Assembly: GCF_006345805.1 (NCBI RefSeq)
Contig: NW_021831970.1
Coordinates: forward strand, 1 to 35,369
Length of the DNA: 35,369 nucleotides
Reading direction: 5' to 3'
Origin: Octopus sinensis
Taxonomy: Eukaryota
Shown: positions 33,851 to 35,369 of the stretch, piece by piece
Layout of the letters: each line of letters opens with the position of its first letter
Numbering within the stretch: position 1 is the first letter of the stretch
Program-made: the position numbers and the translations under genes
Notes under the pieces: model-generated
Told to the model about the DNA's origin: nothing
The model's input: only the letters and a program-made list of their open reading frames with translations
The model's database searches: none

Positions 33851-34265
33851 AAGGCGGCGAGCTGGTAGAAACGTTAGCATGCCGGGCGAAATGCTTAGCG
33901 GTATTTCGCCTGCTGCTACGTTCTGAGTTCAAATTTGGCCGAGGTCGACTTTGCCTTTCATCCTTTCGGGGTCGATAAATTAAGTACCAGTTACGCACTG
34001 GGGTCGATGTAATCGACTTAATACCTATGTCTGTCCTTGTTTGTCTCTGTGTTTGGCCCCTTGTGGTTAGTAAAGAAATAGGTATTTCGTCTGCCGCTAC
34101 GTTCTGAGTTCAAATTCCAACAAGGTCGACTTTGCCTTTCATCCTTTCAGGGTCGATAAATTAAGTACCAGTTACGCACTGCAGTCGATATAATCGACTT
34201 AATCTGTGTGTCTGTCCTTGTTTGTCCTCTCTGTGTTTAGCCCCTTGTGGGTAATAAAGAAATAG
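33851..34265 (+). mobile_element. SINE family B dimer
   Basis: Head plus two bodies joined at gaaataggtatttcgtctgccg (~34075-34096). Confidence 0.9.
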
Positions 34266-34287
34266 ATATAATCAACTGTTTCTCCTC

Positions 34288-34680
34288 ACTCTGACTTTAC
34301 ACTCATTTTGTGTTACCTTAGTGCACTCACTCAGAAGGTGGGTGACACTTCTGTTACCTTTTCCACACATTTTGCACTAGCTGTCTGAATTTTATCAATC
34401 CTTGTCTTAAATTCCTTCTAATGGCTTGTTCTTGAGCAGTTAAAATTAGATATTTACTTTTTCACCTCAGGTTTCCATCTCTCAGCAATCTCAGTTCTTC
34501 AGTTCCAAAATTCTCAATTAGCTGCATGAATTGGCAATGTGGTTCTTTTCTATTTTCAGTTACTTACTCTGCTGTTGTTCTTTCTATTCTTGCAGTCTCT
34601 TACGGTTTCACAGACTTCTTTGATATTTCTGGATGGCAGAATCACTAAACCGTCAGTAAAACTGCTTCGCTATATTTCTT
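34288..34680 (-). pseudogene. Second decayed R4/Dong-like LINE fragment
   Basis: HCQF...LRDGNLR*...LILTAQEQAIRRN...CKMCGKGNRSVTHLLSECTKVTQNE. Confidence 0.7.
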
Positions 34681-34683
34681 CTT

Positions 34684-34919
34684 GCGGTGAGCTGGCAGAA
34701 ACGTTAGCACGCCGGGCGAAATGCGAAGCCGTATTTCGTGTGCCGTTACGTTCTGAGTTCAAATTCTGCCGAGGTCGACTTTGCCTTTCATCCTTTCAGG
34801 GTCGATTAAATAAGTACCAGTTACACACTGGGGTCGATATAATCGACTTAATCCGTTTGTCTGTCCTTGTATGTCCCCTCTGTGTTTAGCCCCTTGTGGG
34901 TAGTAAAGAAATAGGTATT
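34684..34919 (+). mobile_element. SINE family B monomer
   Basis: Head and one body ending gaaataggtatt. Confidence 0.9.
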
Positions 34920-35159
34920 GACTAACACCTTTGCAACAAAAATGGCCTTTATCCTTTATATGAATGTATGTACGTCATTGTTCAGTTTTATTTCAAGATT
35001 TCTTGGCAATAGAGAAAGAGCTGGTTTCTAACCTAGATCCAAGATTCCTTCATTGAAATTTCAACATTGACAACAGGATATTTTTGTTTGTATGTTTTGA
35101 TTTATGCATATCTTCTCATGCATATAGCTACATATCTAGACATGATCATATATATTTAA

Positions 35160-35369
35160 ATGATAAATTTCTTGAAACTTATATGGACTTTTTTTCAGTT
35201 CCAGTGAGGGATTGGATCTGTAGCCTTTGAATTAGCTTTCTCCTTTCTGGTTTTGAGGAATCTAATTTCTCAAGATTGGTAATTAGGCATTGTGTTACAT
35301 GTCCCAGGGCCCCAATAATTACAGGTATAAACCCGATCTTGTAATCTGGATAGAGTAATTGCAGATTTC
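35160..35369 (-). mobile_element. C-terminus of another restriction-like-endonuclease non-LTR element, continuing beyond the window
   Basis: NLQLLYPDYKIGFIPVIIGALGHVTQCLITNLEKL...LQIQSLTGT; PVIIGALG is typical of R4/CRE-type C-termini. Confidence 0.7.

Overview
Eukaryotic, AT-rich and almost entirely repetitive DNA. The mix of tRNA-derived SINEs, (TA)n/(CA)n/(ATT)n/(GAT)n microsatellites and RTE, CR1, HERO-like and R4/Dong-like LINE remnants looks like a cephalopod (Octopus-like) genome; this is recognition from memory, not a search result. Nearly all ORFs in the supplied track are microsatellite or SINE artefacts. Main results: (1) the likely 3' end of a minus-strand protein-coding gene, hidden as 3-4 tiny phase-compatible exons (31306-31257, ~23612-23581, 14631-14573, 4043-4003) separated by 7.6-10.5 kb introns and reading ...DNMISGFVRRHLYVRLAPDCLPYSNRTGRLYLCLCRSRYA*; (2) several minimal hammerhead-ribozyme folds of the Penelope-terminus type, one with a reciprocal G3-C8 core swap; (3) a 10-copy 160-bp array made from the 3' end of a HERO-like retrotransposon; (4) a head-to-tail array of DINE-1/HINE-like rolling-circle elements; (5) many local tandem duplications of mobile-element pieces, including a 1.33-kb duplication with a chimeric SINE at its junction. 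There are no prokaryotic systems (no CRISPR, no operons). I cannot claim a wholly new biological system; the best novelty candidates are the variant ribozymes and the multimeric elements. Coordinates were counted by eye, so repeat ends are approximate.
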